From IMG/VR virus record IMGVR_UViG_3300032218_000600, positions 5,717-69,716 of that record: 64,000 nt of DNA, one strand, 5' to 3'. Below the pieces are notes generated by a model that was not told where the DNA came from, did no database searches, and was given only the letters and a program-made list of their open reading frames with translations. Made by a program: the position numbers and the translations under genes. Below, piece by piece: positions 7,428 through 17,900 of this stretch (positions are counted from its first letter, which is position 1; every line of letters starts with the position of its first letter). This DNA comes from a virus. Its lineage: Duplodnaviria > Caudoviricetes.

Positions 7428-8434
7428 AAGCTATTATAAATGGCTAAAAGTGTATTCTTGTCAAACTGGTCGGAATCAATATTAATAATTTGACTACTGA
7501 CAATCTGGTCTACACTTTCAAACGCTTGAATATCAATATTATTATTGATTTCAATATCTTTCTTTTCTGCAATCAATGTAAGTTCACGAATATTATAATC
7601 CGTAATAAACTTTTCTTTAATAAAACTTGCCTCTTCAAAGCTGATATCAATGTCTAGTGTAACACGTAAATGTTGCTTGGGCAAGATAATTGTGTCCGCT
7701 TCATCAATAAGCTGACTCAGTTTAACTGTACGAAATGTAGGTTGACCAGGCCACGCATGATATTCTGGAGTACCGTCCCATTCTAAGATCATCATGCCGC
7801 GCTCATCATCCCATGCATCTGCATAGTTGTGCGGAAACGCATTACCGATATAGATCATGTTTTGTTGTTGCTGGCGTTTGTGGAAATGCCCACTAAAGCC
7901 CAACTCATAGCCCTTAAAACTATCCAGTTGAATCTCACCATGGTCTGGCATTTGTACCATTGCGTTCATAAAGAAGCTGGGCAGTTCAAAGTGACCAAAG
8001 ATATACTTACCACCTTTCTTACCTACTGATTTCCATTCGTCACCAACAAGCCACGGGCATAGTGTAACATCACCGATAGTAGTAGGCTCGTGTATAACAG
8101 TAATACCCGGAATATACTTGCCAAACTCTACAGAGTGGATATCTCGTTTATCTTTATAATAAAGATCATGATTGCCAGGGAAGAAATAAAAGTTATCAAA
8201 TGCCTGTCCAAGTTTCTCCAGTGCTCGAAGTGAGTAGTCCATAGTAGTGATATTAAGACTATTACGATTGTGATGCCAGTCCCCCATAAATATTCCAGTA
8301 TCACACCCTTCCTCCTTTGCTTTAGTAATGTACCAATCTACAAAATCTTCGCAGTCTTGGTTATGTACGCTACTGTTAGATTTTAATCCAAAGTGAATAT
8401 CTGTAAAACACGCTACTTTTTTGAATAAACTCAT
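7424..8434 (-). CDS. gp47: gp47-like recombination endonuclease nuclease subunit (Mre11/SbcD family)
   Basis: DIHFG, GDWHH, GNHD, GHFH metallophosphoesterase motifs; adjacent to gp46. Confidence 0.92.
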   Translation of the reverse strand: MSLFKKVACFTDIHFGLKSNSSVHNQDCEDFVDWYITKAKEEGCDTGIFMGDWHHNRNSLNITTMDYSLRALEKLGQAFDNFYFFPGNHDLYYKDKRDIHSVEFGKYIPGITVIHEPTTIGDVTLCPWLVGDEWKSVGKKGGKYIFGHFELPSFFMNAMVQMPDHGEIQLDSFKGYELGFSGHFHKRQQQQNMIYIGNAFPHNYADAWDDERGMMILEWDGTPEYHAWPGQPTFRTVKLSQLIDEADTIILPKQHLRVTLDIDISFEEASFIKEKFITDYNIRELTLIAEKKDIEINNNIDIQAFESVDQIVSSQIINIDSDQFDKNTLLAIYNSL

Positions 8435-9258
8435 TCACTGCTTTCCTCATTACGTTTCATTGCGGCCGCATGTTCACCAGCACCAGTACGACTGTAGCTA
8501 GGATTCATACCATTTATTTCCAGAATATCATCGCGAATATTTTGATTACGTTTCTCAATATTAATAACCCTAACAAAACTATTAGTAACCGCGGCAGTAA
8601 AATATGCAAAAGGATTATCGGATTTCGATTCATCAAACTGTAGTCCTATTTGTGTAAGTTGTAGAATAGCTTGGCCTTTCATTTCGTCGTTGTAAGTATA
8701 ACCACGAACGTTGCCGCGTGTAGCATAACGCTCACACAACTTAATCATCATACGGGCCAGTGTATTAGTAATAGATCCCGCATCTTTGTCAAAGTGCCCT
8801 TTTTCTAAATCACCCTTCCAGTGACTTTTACCAACGCAGACTAGTTCATCTTCATCGTTAAACTTCCAGTGTTGGAACGGAGGAAAGTTAACTTTATCGC
8901 GATGATCTGCAAGACTTTTAGGATTTTTCTTGCGTGTATTGTTTAACGGAATATGGTCGTAAGTCATGATTCTAAAGACTAAATCCGTCTTAGCGATCTT
9001 CTTATAGTCGATTTCACAGTCAGCTTGTTTGACTTTTTGCCCGTCTTTTTTGCGGGTAGCATAGTCTAAATCACCTATTCTTTTGGCTTGATTTCTTTTA
9101 GCTTCTGCTACTGTACGTATGTTTATTTTGTCCACACTCGGCAAAATAATATCATATTGATGATACTTTGGATCGGTAAAACTACAGTATGATGTCTTAC
9201 TTCTGTGTATTTCTAACAACATATCTTTATTGTTTAGATAGTTAACTTTTGCGGTCAT
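8431..9258 (-). CDS. gp55: gp55-like late-transcription sigma factor
   Basis: NYLNNKDML, GYTYNDEM, FDESKSDNPFAYFT motifs; gp55-47-46 synteny. Confidence 0.85.
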   Translation of the reverse strand: MTAKVNYLNNKDMLLEIHRSKTSYCSFTDPKYHQYDIILPSVDKINIRTVAEAKRNQAKRIGDLDYATRKKDGQKVKQADCEIDYKKIAKTDLVFRIMTYDHIPLNNTRKKNPKSLADHRDKVNFPPFQHWKFNDEDELVCVGKSHWKGDLEKGHFDKDAGSITNTLARMMIKLCERYATRGNVRGYTYNDEMKGQAILQLTQIGLQFDESKSDNPFAYFTAAVTNSFVRVINIEKRNQNIRDDILEINGMNPSYSRTGAGEHAAAMKRNEESSE

Positions 9259-9279
9259 GGATCATTCCTATTTTAAGCT

Positions 9280-9308
9280 ATTATAAACTACGCGGTTAAT
9301 AAAGTCAA
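9280..9308 (-). promoter_or_regulatory. sigma70-type promoter TTGACT-N17-TATAAT for the gp55/47/46 operon
   Basis: -35 at 9308-9303, -10 at 9285-9280, exact 17-bp spacer, 22 nt upstream of the gp55 ATG. Confidence 0.75.
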
Positions 9309-9316
9309 ATAAATAC
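9289..9316 (+). promoter_or_regulatory. Extended late promoter TACGCGGTTAAT-N8-ATAAATAC
   Basis: Identical motif and spacing recur at 14953-14980; upstream of the baseplate operon. Confidence 0.7.
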
Positions 9317-9335
9317 TTGCCAATGGAGAAGAAAT

Positions 9336-10361
9336 ATGAGCCTTTTTGATACAGCACAAGGTATAACATCTAAGGTTGGAGCCGCAACAGCAACTTTTGG
9401 AGCACTTTCTGGTGCCGGAGCAGTTGTTAACAACCTTAAATCGGCTATCGATATAGGCAGTAGTACAGGCAGTTTAATGGAAGGCTTGCGAGCCGTTAAC
9501 CTACCCGCTGCCGGTGAACTGATTGGCGGCGTTATGGCCGCAGTATCATTGTTTGACAGTGACACTAACAGTGATGATTGGCGTGTAAGATTAAGTATGC
9601 CCAGCTGGCCTGCATTTAGTTCTAGCCCAGTACTTAAACCGTTAAAAGAAACCGGTGGTTTAATATTTCCTTTTACTCCACAAATTAACATTAGTTCATC
9701 TGCCAAATATAGTGCAGTAAGTCCAACACATAATAACTTTGATTTCCAAGCCTATGAAAATAGTAGTCCCGGAAGTATTTCAATAGTTGCACCTTTTAAC
9801 GTTGAAGATGCAAAACAGGCACTGTACTGGATTGCGGCAGTACACTATTTAAGATCTGCATCTAAAATGTTTACAGGTCGTGATAGCCTAGCAGGTAATC
9901 CTCCTCCAATCGTTACACTCAATGCCTATGGCAACTATGTGTTTAAAAATGTTCCAGTTGTTATCACAAACTTTAGTTGTACACTAGATGCACAATGCGA
10001 TTATATTCCAACAGACGTAGTTGGTAGTGCGTTAGGTGTTGCAACCGGTATATTAGATAACGTTGGCGGACTTGCAAGTTCAATAGGTGGACTAGCAGGA
10101 TCACTTGGCGGTATTGGTAGTGCTGTTAGCAGTATAACAAATACTATCAGTGACGTTACAAATTTAGCCGCCGGCGTAACTAGCCTACTAGGCGGATTAG
10201 GTATTGGCGGATCAACATCAGGCGGCCAAACTTATGTACCTACAAAGAGTTCATTCCAAGTTACATTACAACCAGCATACAGCAGAGCCAGTGCTAAAAA
10301 CTTTAGTCTACAACAGTTTGTACAAGGCGGCTATATGTCAGGTAAACCAGGATTCATTTAA
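9336..10361 (+). CDS. Baseplate tail-tube initiator/cap (gp48/gp54-like)
   Basis: DWRVRLS, GLIFPFTP, HYLRSASKMF, GNPPPIVTL, VPVVITNF; first gene of the baseplate module. Confidence 0.6.
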   Translation: MSLFDTAQGITSKVGAATATFGALSGAGAVVNNLKSAIDIGSSTGSLMEGLRAVNLPAAGELIGGVMAAVSLFDSDTNSDDWRVRLSMPSWPAFSSSPVLKPLKETGGLIFPFTPQINISSSAKYSAVSPTHNNFDFQAYENSSPGSISIVAPFNVEDAKQALYWIAAVHYLRSASKMFTGRDSLAGNPPPIVTLNAYGNYVFKNVPVVITNFSCTLDAQCDYIPTDVVGSALGVATGILDNVGGLASSIGGLAGSLGGIGSAVSSITNTISDVTNLAAGVTSLLGGLGIGGSTSGGQTYVPTKSSFQVTLQPAYSRASAKNFSLQQFVQGGYMSGKPGFI

Positions 10362-10366
10362 TCTAT

Positions 10367-10666
10367 ATGGCAACATACTCTCAATCAAGTCCTTGGTTCA
10401 ATACCAAGATGAATAAAAATTATTTAGAAGTGCTGTCTATTAGAACAATCAGTGCAGAAGCAGATGACTTTCTCTACACTATCGAAAGCCAATATACTAA
10501 TAGACCTGATCTGTTGGCCCATGACCTTTACGGTGATGCCGGACTTTGGTGGGTGTTTATCCAACGAAATCTTGATGTAATTCAAGATCCTATTTTTGAT
10601 TTTGTTCCGGGTGTAAAAATTTACATACCTAAGAAAAGTAAGTTAACTGCATTATTAGGAATATAA
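10367..10666 (+). CDS. gp53: LysM-like baseplate wedge protein (gp53-like)
   Basis: RPDLLAHDLYGDAGLWWVF...G.KIYIP motif. Confidence 0.75.
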   Translation: MATYSQSSPWFNTKMNKNYLEVLSIRTISAEADDFLYTIESQYTNRPDLLAHDLYGDAGLWWVFIQRNLDVIQDPIFDFVPGVKIYIPKKSKLTALLGI

Positions 10667-10667
10667 C

Positions 10668-13028
10668 ATGGCTGGATTTGATGTAATACCGGCAGTGACC
10701 AGCGCCGTAGAAAGTGCTAAAAATATTTTTCAAGCTGACGGACCTGCAAAAGGTTTAGCAGACTTAGGAACCTCCATTAAGGATAAACTTAGTGGAGCAG
10801 TAGATTCAATCACAAGTATCTTCAGCGGAAAAAATATAACACCACTGCCGTATCCTTTACCTCTTCAGAACATATTGCACAACTATGCAACCTATAACTA
10901 TGTGTTTAGTATTGGTGTATTAAAACCCGAAGAGTATAACTTTCCTGATACAACATATAAAGCAGGTAAAATCCCTCAACTAATTTTAAAATCCGGAAAC
11001 TCAAATCCAGATAATAGAGTTAAAACAGCCTACGGCAAGTTTGATTTTTTTATTGATAATGTTGTTATTGACGGATTCATCGGTAACGATAGATCAACAG
11101 GTAACACTAATGCTAACAATATATCTTTTCAAGTAACTGAACCATATAGCATGGGCTTGTTTATGATAGCAATGCAAACTGCCGCAGGCGATGCTGGTTA
11201 TAAGAACTTTAGACAAGCTCCTTTTATTATGATTATTGAGTTTAGGGGCAATACTCAAACAGGTATAGCACAGAAAGTTCCTAACACAACCAAATATCTT
11301 CCTTTTAAACTCAGCGCCATATCAATGAAAGTTACAGGTAAAGGTAGTGTATATTCTTGTGAAGCAGTTCCTTACAACGAAAAAGCATTTAGTAAACAAG
11401 TATCAAACTTAAAAACTGATGCTAAGATTGTAGGAAAGACTGTGCAAGAAGTACTACAAACTGGTCCTGAAAGTTTACAAGTAGTAATGAATAATCATTA
11501 TAAAGAACTAAAAGATAAAGGCGTAGTAACAGAACCAGATCAAATTTTAATACTATTTCCTGATGAAGTTGCTTCAGAAAGCGGCGGAGCATCGGGCGGA
11601 GATTCTGATAAAGAAAATGATGCGCCTGCTACGCAGTCAGACTCGGGCGGTGCTGATGGAGATTTATATAAAAAATTAGGTGTTTCTATCAGTGCAAAAA
11701 ATAAGACATTGGTCCAAGATGAAAAAAAATGTAATCTTATTGGACAAGCAAAAATGGGTTACAGTAAAGAACGCAAGCCATCAACTCCCACAGCTAAATC
11801 CGATAAAGTATATAACAATACAACCAACGTCGATGTTCGTGGTAAAATGAGCATTGATCCAGAACTTAGTGAGTTTAAGTTTACCCAAGATACAAATATT
11901 ATCAATGCAATAAATCAAGTTATTTTAGCCAGCGAGTTTGCAACTGAAGCAATGGATCCTAAAAATCTATCTCCGCAAGGATACCGGGGCTGGTGGAAAA
12001 TACACACTCAAACATTTATTATAGCAACTGATGCTAACTTAAAATCTACAGGTACAGAACCAAAGTTATATGTATATCGTGTTGTACCTTATAAGGCACA
12101 TGCTAGTAAAGGAGCCCCACCAAATGCGGCAATCCCAGGATTTGCTAAACTTAAAAAAGAAGCAGTCAAACAATATGATTACATTTATACAGGAAAGAAT
12201 GTAGACATTTTAAACTTTACTATTGATATTGAAAATACTTTTCAAAGTATGATGTTAGCTGACCTTGGAAACAAAACTGCCGATGTTAAAACACAAGAAA
12301 AAGATTCTGCCAGCACAAAAGAAAAAGCTGATATTGCACCAGTTAAAGGTGTAACACCGTCAACAGCAGGTAAAGAAATCCCAACAGAAACTTCTTATAG
12401 TGCAGTTAAAACAAAATCAGATAATAAAGGCGGAGGCCCCTCAGAAACAAACAGTTCACGAGTTGCTAAACTTTTTCACGATGCATTAATCAATGCAAAA
12501 GACCTTGTAAACTTAGATATAGATATTGTTGGCGATCCGTATTACCTTACTAGCAGTGGTATGGGAAACTATGTTGCAGGTGAAACTGATCATGTAAATA
12601 TCAATGCTGATGGAGATATTAACTATTATACCGGTGATGTTGATATCGTAGTTAACTTTAGAACACCGATCGACATTAATCAAACAACCGGATTGTATGA
12701 TTTTGGAAAATCAGTAGAAGTACAACAGTTTAGCGGATTATATAAAGTTACCAATATTACTAGCACATTTAATAGAGGTAAGTTTTCGCAAAAGCTAACA
12801 GGGTTTAGACGCCAAGGCCAATCTGATTATAGAAATGCAACAACGGCCAGTGTGCCGACAGCAACACCGTCAACTAAATCAGCACCGACTGAATATGCAG
12901 AAATACAAGGACCACCACCGGGTGTTCAGGTGTTTGATGACGGATCAAGCATTCAAACAATGGATGATGGCTCAACACTAGTCACAGACAAAGACGGTAA
13001 TATTAGTTCAACTCCGTCACCAGATTAA
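10668..13028 (+). CDS. Baseplate hub protein (gp27/gpD-like)
   Basis: Lies between the LysM and gp5 genes; C-terminal IVGDP and SGLYKVTNITSTFNRGKFSQKL hub-type motifs. Confidence 0.6.
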   Translation: MAGFDVIPAVTSAVESAKNIFQADGPAKGLADLGTSIKDKLSGAVDSITSIFSGKNITPLPYPLPLQNILHNYATYNYVFSIGVLKPEEYNFPDTTYKAGKIPQLILKSGNSNPDNRVKTAYGKFDFFIDNVVIDGFIGNDRSTGNTNANNISFQVTEPYSMGLFMIAMQTAAGDAGYKNFRQAPFIMIIEFRGNTQTGIAQKVPNTTKYLPFKLSAISMKVTGKGSVYSCEAVPYNEKAFSKQVSNLKTDAKIVGKTVQEVLQTGPESLQVVMNNHYKELKDKGVVTEPDQILILFPDEVASESGGASGGDSDKENDAPATQSDSGGADGDLYKKLGVSISAKNKTLVQDEKKCNLIGQAKMGYSKERKPSTPTAKSDKVYNNTTNVDVRGKMSIDPELSEFKFTQDTNIINAINQVILASEFATEAMDPKNLSPQGYRGWWKIHTQTFIIATDANLKSTGTEPKLYVYRVVPYKAHASKGAPPNAAIPGFAKLKKEAVKQYDYIYTGKNVDILNFTIDIENTFQSMMLADLGNKTADVKTQEKDSASTKEKADIAPVKGVTPSTAGKEIPTETSYSAVKTKSDNKGGGPSETNSSRVAKLFHDALINAKDLVNLDIDIVGDPYYLTSSGMGNYVAGETDHVNINADGDINYYTGDVDIVVNFRTPIDINQTTGLYDFGKSVEVQQFSGLYKVTNITSTFNRGKFSQKLTGFRRQGQSDYRNATTASVPTATPSTKSAPTEYAEIQGPPPGVQVFDDGSSIQTMDDGSTLVTDKDGNISSTPSPD

Positions 13029-13035
13029 GGAATAT

Positions 13036-14511
13036 ATGGACGATAACTTAGAATCACGGCCAGCAGAAGACTCGATATCCGGATCTCCGGCAACATCAAG
13101 CGGCCCAATATTTGCCACTGTTAAGGGACACCTTGACCCTACCTACATGGGTCGTTTAACAGTTGAATATCTAAGACCAGGTTCTGGAAATAGTCTTACA
13201 GATACAGCAACAGCAACAGTTGATATGATAACTCCTTTCTATGGAGTTACTGGAGTTGACTACGTTGGTGAAGATCCTGATGACTATAATAACACACAAA
13301 AAAGTTATGGTATGTGGTTTGTACCACCTGATATTGGAACCACAGTGCTGGTTATTTTTGTTAATAATGATCCAAAGAAAGGTTATTGGTTAGGATGTGT
13401 GCCAGACCAGTTAATGAACTTCATGGTACCTGGCATTGCGGCAACGTCATATGTTGTTGAAGATTCTAAGACAGTTGAAGCCGATCGATTACCAGTTGCA
13501 GAGTTTAACAAAAAGATCAACGAAGAGTTTGGCGGTGATCCTACTAAGATTAAAAAACCACAACATCCGTTTGCTGAAGTATTAGATCAACAAGGCTTGC
13601 TTAAAGATGATGTTCGAGGAATAACAACCAGTAGCGCCAGAAGAGAAACTCCCAGTATGGTATTTGGTATTAGCACTCCCGGACCAGTCGACAAACAAAC
13701 AGGCGCCAAAAAAGGTCCACGGGGAACTAAAGAATCATTATCACCAAATACGTTTGTAAGTCGTTTAGGCGGAACAACATTTGTAATGGATGACGGTGAC
13801 GACAAGTTCTTGCGTAAAACACCTGCCAGTGAAGGACCACCAGAATATGCCAGTGTTGAAAACAACGAAACAGATGGCGATGTTACAATACCTCACAATG
13901 AGTTAGTGCGTATTAGAACAAGAACAGGCCATCAGATTTTGTTACACAATAGTGAAGACTTAATCTACATTGGCAATGCTCGCGGCACAACTTGGATCGA
14001 AATGACTAGTAACGGTAAGATTGATATCTATGCTCAAGACAGTATTAGCATACACACAGAAAATGACATCAACGTTACTGCTGATCGAGATATTAACTTT
14101 ACAGCCGCAAATGATGTTAACATAAATGCTGGCAATAATATAAATCAACAAGCAGGCGCTGAATACAATGTAAAATCAGGCGGAGCTGCCAAGATTAATC
14201 CAGGCGGAAATTTTGTAGTATTGGCAGCAGGAACCGATATTGATGGCGGAAATATTAATTTAAACTCTGGTGGTGCAAGTGCGGCCAGTCCGGCACCTAA
14301 AGCAACAAGAATACCTCAAGCCGAGCCGTGGAGTGAACACGAGAATACAGATCCTACAAAGTTTACAGCAGATCAAACACAGGCAAAAGAATCACCTGAA
14401 GCGGCAGCAGAAGCTAAAGGAACATACTCAACAGCAACAGATACATTTGCTAAAGAGTTTGCGGCAGACCCCGAAGACCAAGAAGAAGAAGAAGGTGGAC
14501 AAGAATTATGA
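13036..14511 (+). CDS. gp5: gp5/VgrG-like baseplate central spike (OB-fold + beta-helix)
   Basis: DP..MGRL.V, SYGMWFVPPDIG..VLV.F...G.WLGC, RIRTRTGHQILL, beta-helix repeats; no lysozyme motif seen. Confidence 0.8.
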   Translation: MDDNLESRPAEDSISGSPATSSGPIFATVKGHLDPTYMGRLTVEYLRPGSGNSLTDTATATVDMITPFYGVTGVDYVGEDPDDYNNTQKSYGMWFVPPDIGTTVLVIFVNNDPKKGYWLGCVPDQLMNFMVPGIAATSYVVEDSKTVEADRLPVAEFNKKINEEFGGDPTKIKKPQHPFAEVLDQQGLLKDDVRGITTSSARRETPSMVFGISTPGPVDKQTGAKKGPRGTKESLSPNTFVSRLGGTTFVMDDGDDKFLRKTPASEGPPEYASVENNETDGDVTIPHNELVRIRTRTGHQILLHNSEDLIYIGNARGTTWIEMTSNGKIDIYAQDSISIHTENDINVTADRDINFTAANDVNINAGNNINQQAGAEYNVKSGGAAKINPGGNFVVLAAGTDIDGGNINLNSGGASAASPAPKATRIPQAEPWSEHENTDPTKFTADQTQAKESPEAAAEAKGTYSTATDTFAKEFAADPEDQEEEEGGQEL

Positions 14512-14951
14512 GCTCAAACGCAAGTTTATATGACAAGATAGTTTTAAAATCGCCAGCAGTTGCTACACCAACTGCGGCCAAAACATATAAAGGGTTTAGT
14601 ACGATTAGTACAGAATCCGAAAGTTTTCATTTATATGACCTAGCATTGATTCGACAAGATATTTTAAATCACTTTCATGTGCGGCAGGGCGAGCGGCTAA
14701 TGCAACCTCGCTTTGGCACAATCATATGGGATGTCTTGTTTGAACCGTTAACTGAAGATCTAAAACAAGCAATAATCAGAAATGTTACTGATATTATCAA
14801 CTATGATCCCCGTGTAAATGCTGAACAAGTAACGGTAACAACCTACGAAAGTGGCATACAAATAGAGTGCAGATTAATATACCAACCATATAATATATCA
14901 CAGGCAATGCAGTTAAAGTTTGACCAGAACAACGGTTTACTAGCACAATAA
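14508..14951 (+). CDS. gp25: gp25-like baseplate wedge subunit
   Basis: YKGFST, LIRQDILNHF..RQGERLMQP.FGT.IWD.LFEP, YDPRV. Confidence 0.85.
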   Translation: MSSNASLYDKIVLKSPAVATPTAAKTYKGFSTISTESESFHLYDLALIRQDILNHFHVRQGERLMQPRFGTIIWDVLFEPLTEDLKQAIIRNVTDIINYDPRVNAEQVTVTTYESGIQIECRLIYQPYNISQAMQLKFDQNNGLLAQ

Positions 14952-14952
14952 G

Positions 14953-14980
14953 TACGCGGTTAATTTTCACCGATAAATAC
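14953..14980 (+). promoter_or_regulatory. Extended late promoter TACGCGGTTAAT-N8-ATAAATAC
   Basis: Second exact copy of the motif, upstream of the gp6-like gene. Confidence 0.7.
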
Positions 14981-14997
14981 ATTTATTAGGAACAAGT

Positions 14998-17900
14998 ATG
15001 AGCTCAACCGATAGACAAAATAGACTGTTAGTAGCAGAAGACTGGAAGAAAATTTATCAAACCTTCCGCAATGCAGACTTTCAAAGTTATGACTTTGAAA
15101 ATCTACGCCGCACTATGATCAGTTATATTCGTCAAAACTACCCAGAAGATTACAACGATTATATTGAATCAAGCGAATATCTAGCTCTAATCGACCTCAT
15201 TGCGTTCTTAGGACAAAGTATAGCTTTCCGTGTTGATTTAAATGCTCGTGAAAACTTCTTAGAGCTAGCAGAACGTCGTGAGTCAGTACTACGTCTAGCA
15301 CGTATGTTAAGCTATAATGCTAAACGTAACGTAGCTGCCAGCGGTTTATTAAAGTTTACTAATATACAAACATCACAAACAGTATTAGATAGCAACGGAA
15401 GAAATCTAGCAGGACAAGTTATTACTTGGAATGACCCTGCAAACCCCAACTGGTATGATCAGTTTATACGAGTAATAAATGCGGCTCTTCCGCAAACTCG
15501 TCAGTTTGGTAACCCAGACGACAAAGCATCAATATATGGCATTCCTACAGAGCAGTATAGAGTTAATGGCGCTAATACTAATATTCCAATCTTTGCTTTC
15601 AACAAGACTGTTGAAGGTCAAGGCATGAGTTTTGAAGTAGTTAGTACAGTATTTTCAGGCGAAGATTATATCTACGAAGAACCACCAAAAGTTGGTAATA
15701 AGCTGGCATTTATATATCGAGACGATGGCAAAGGAGCCGCTTCGGGAGCTAGCGGATTTTTCTTGCAGTTCAAACAAGGAACATTAAACACAGGCTCTTT
15801 TACAATCACACAGCCTAGTAACAATGAGTCAGTTGACATTGATGCAGTGAATATTAACAATGATGACGTATGGTTATATAAACTTGATCAAAATGGATCT
15901 GAGACAAGTTTATGGAATCAAGTTCCAAGTTTTGAAGGCAATAATATTATCTATAATAGCCTAAAGAAAAGCATTAGAAATATCTATGGCGCAGTAACAC
16001 GAGCCGGAGACAGAATCAGTTTGGTATTTAGTGATGGCACATTTGGCGACTTACCACTTGGCACATTCAGAGCTTACTATCGTGTAAGCAATGGTTTTGC
16101 CTATACAATCAATCCTAGAGATTTACGCGGCATTACGATTAGCTTACCTTATTATTCTAATAAAGGCCAACTAGAAAGTTTAACAATAACTTTAGGATTA
16201 CAAAGTTCAGTAGCAAATGCTAGTCCTACTGAAACTAACACTAGCATTAAAAACAATGCGCCTGCTACTTACTACACACAAAATAGAATGATAACAGGCG
16301 AGGACTATAACATTAGTCCTTTAAGTGTTAGCCAAGAAGTTTTAAAAGTTAAAGCAGTTAATAGAACTAGCTCAGGAATAAGTCGATATTTTGATCTAGT
16401 AGATCCAACAGGCAAATATAGTTCAACAAACTTATTTTCTGATGATGGTATTTTGTATCAAGAAGAGTTTACTGATAGTATAAGATTTTCTTATGCTAAT
16501 AAAACAGATATTGAAGGCATTATATACAATAAAATATTTGACATCTTAGCAAAGCCTAGTTTAAGAAACTATTATTATAATAAGTTTGTTAAGGTAACTA
16601 CGTCAAGTCTTAATATTTCTTGGTATAACGCCACATCGGATACCGGTGTGTCAACTGGTTTTATTGGTGATGCTTACGATAGAACAGTTTATAAAGTTGG
16701 CGCCTATACTGCAAACGATTTAAAATATGTTGAAGTCGGTTCTCTTGTAAAGTTTGTAGCACCAGACGGCTATTATTTTAATACAAAAGATAATAATGCT
16801 ATTGTGGCAGCACCAGTTGGTGCAATACCCCTAGGGTATAAAACTTACCTATGGGCAGAAGTTATTTCTATTTCGGGTGACGGTACAGCCAACGGCACCG
16901 GGCTGTTATCTACAGGATATGGTCCAATAGCATTGAATGATATTGTCCAAGAAGGATCTCTTATTTCTAAGATCATTCCTAAATGGAGAACTGTTATTGA
17001 CAGTTCAGTCATTACTACAATGATTGATTTAATATTTGCAAATAAACCATTTGGATTAAGATATGACACTTCATCTAAATCATGGCAAATTATATTTGAA
17101 TCAAACTTAGATTCATTTAACTCGTTTACATTAGGTAAACAAGGCGACATTAGTAATCAACAACTAGATTCTAGTTGGCTATTGTTGTTTACAACTGACA
17201 ATGAGTTTTATACAGTTACCAGCAGAGAGCTACAATACATTTTTGAAAGTGATGCTAACATTAGATTTTATTTTGATAAATCACATAAAATTTATAACAG
17301 CAAAACAAACACATTGGTTAAAGATAACGTTAAACTATTAAGCATTAACACAGTACCTGATTCTACAACAGCGTTTACCTACGACTTAAACTGGGATGTG
17401 GTTTCTGAATATGTTGGCTTAGATGGGTATGTTGACACTAAAAAAATATTGATTACCTTTGCAGATTCTAACGACAACGGTGTAGTTGATGACCCTGATC
17501 AGTTTACTAATGTTGTACAGCCAACAGTAAATCCTTTATCAAAATATGTTGTCTTGCAAAGATATACAATAGAAGCAGGACAAGAAGATTACAAATATGT
17601 ATCAAATGACCCGTTAACTGGCTCAGTTATCATATTAACTGCCGAGTCTGAGATTCAAGATTTTAGTCAGTATAGTGATGGACAATATTTTTATTTTACC
17701 AGCACTGGCATTGTTAAAAAATTCACAGCAAGCACAACAACGTTAACGTCGTCTCTTGCATATAAAGTGTTTGTTGGTAGAGATAATCTTAAGTTTCAGT
17801 ACATACATAGTGCCGATTACGAATCTCGTATAGATCCAGGCTCAAGTAATATTGTAGATATCTTTATCTTATCAAGAAGCTATGACACAAAATATAGACA

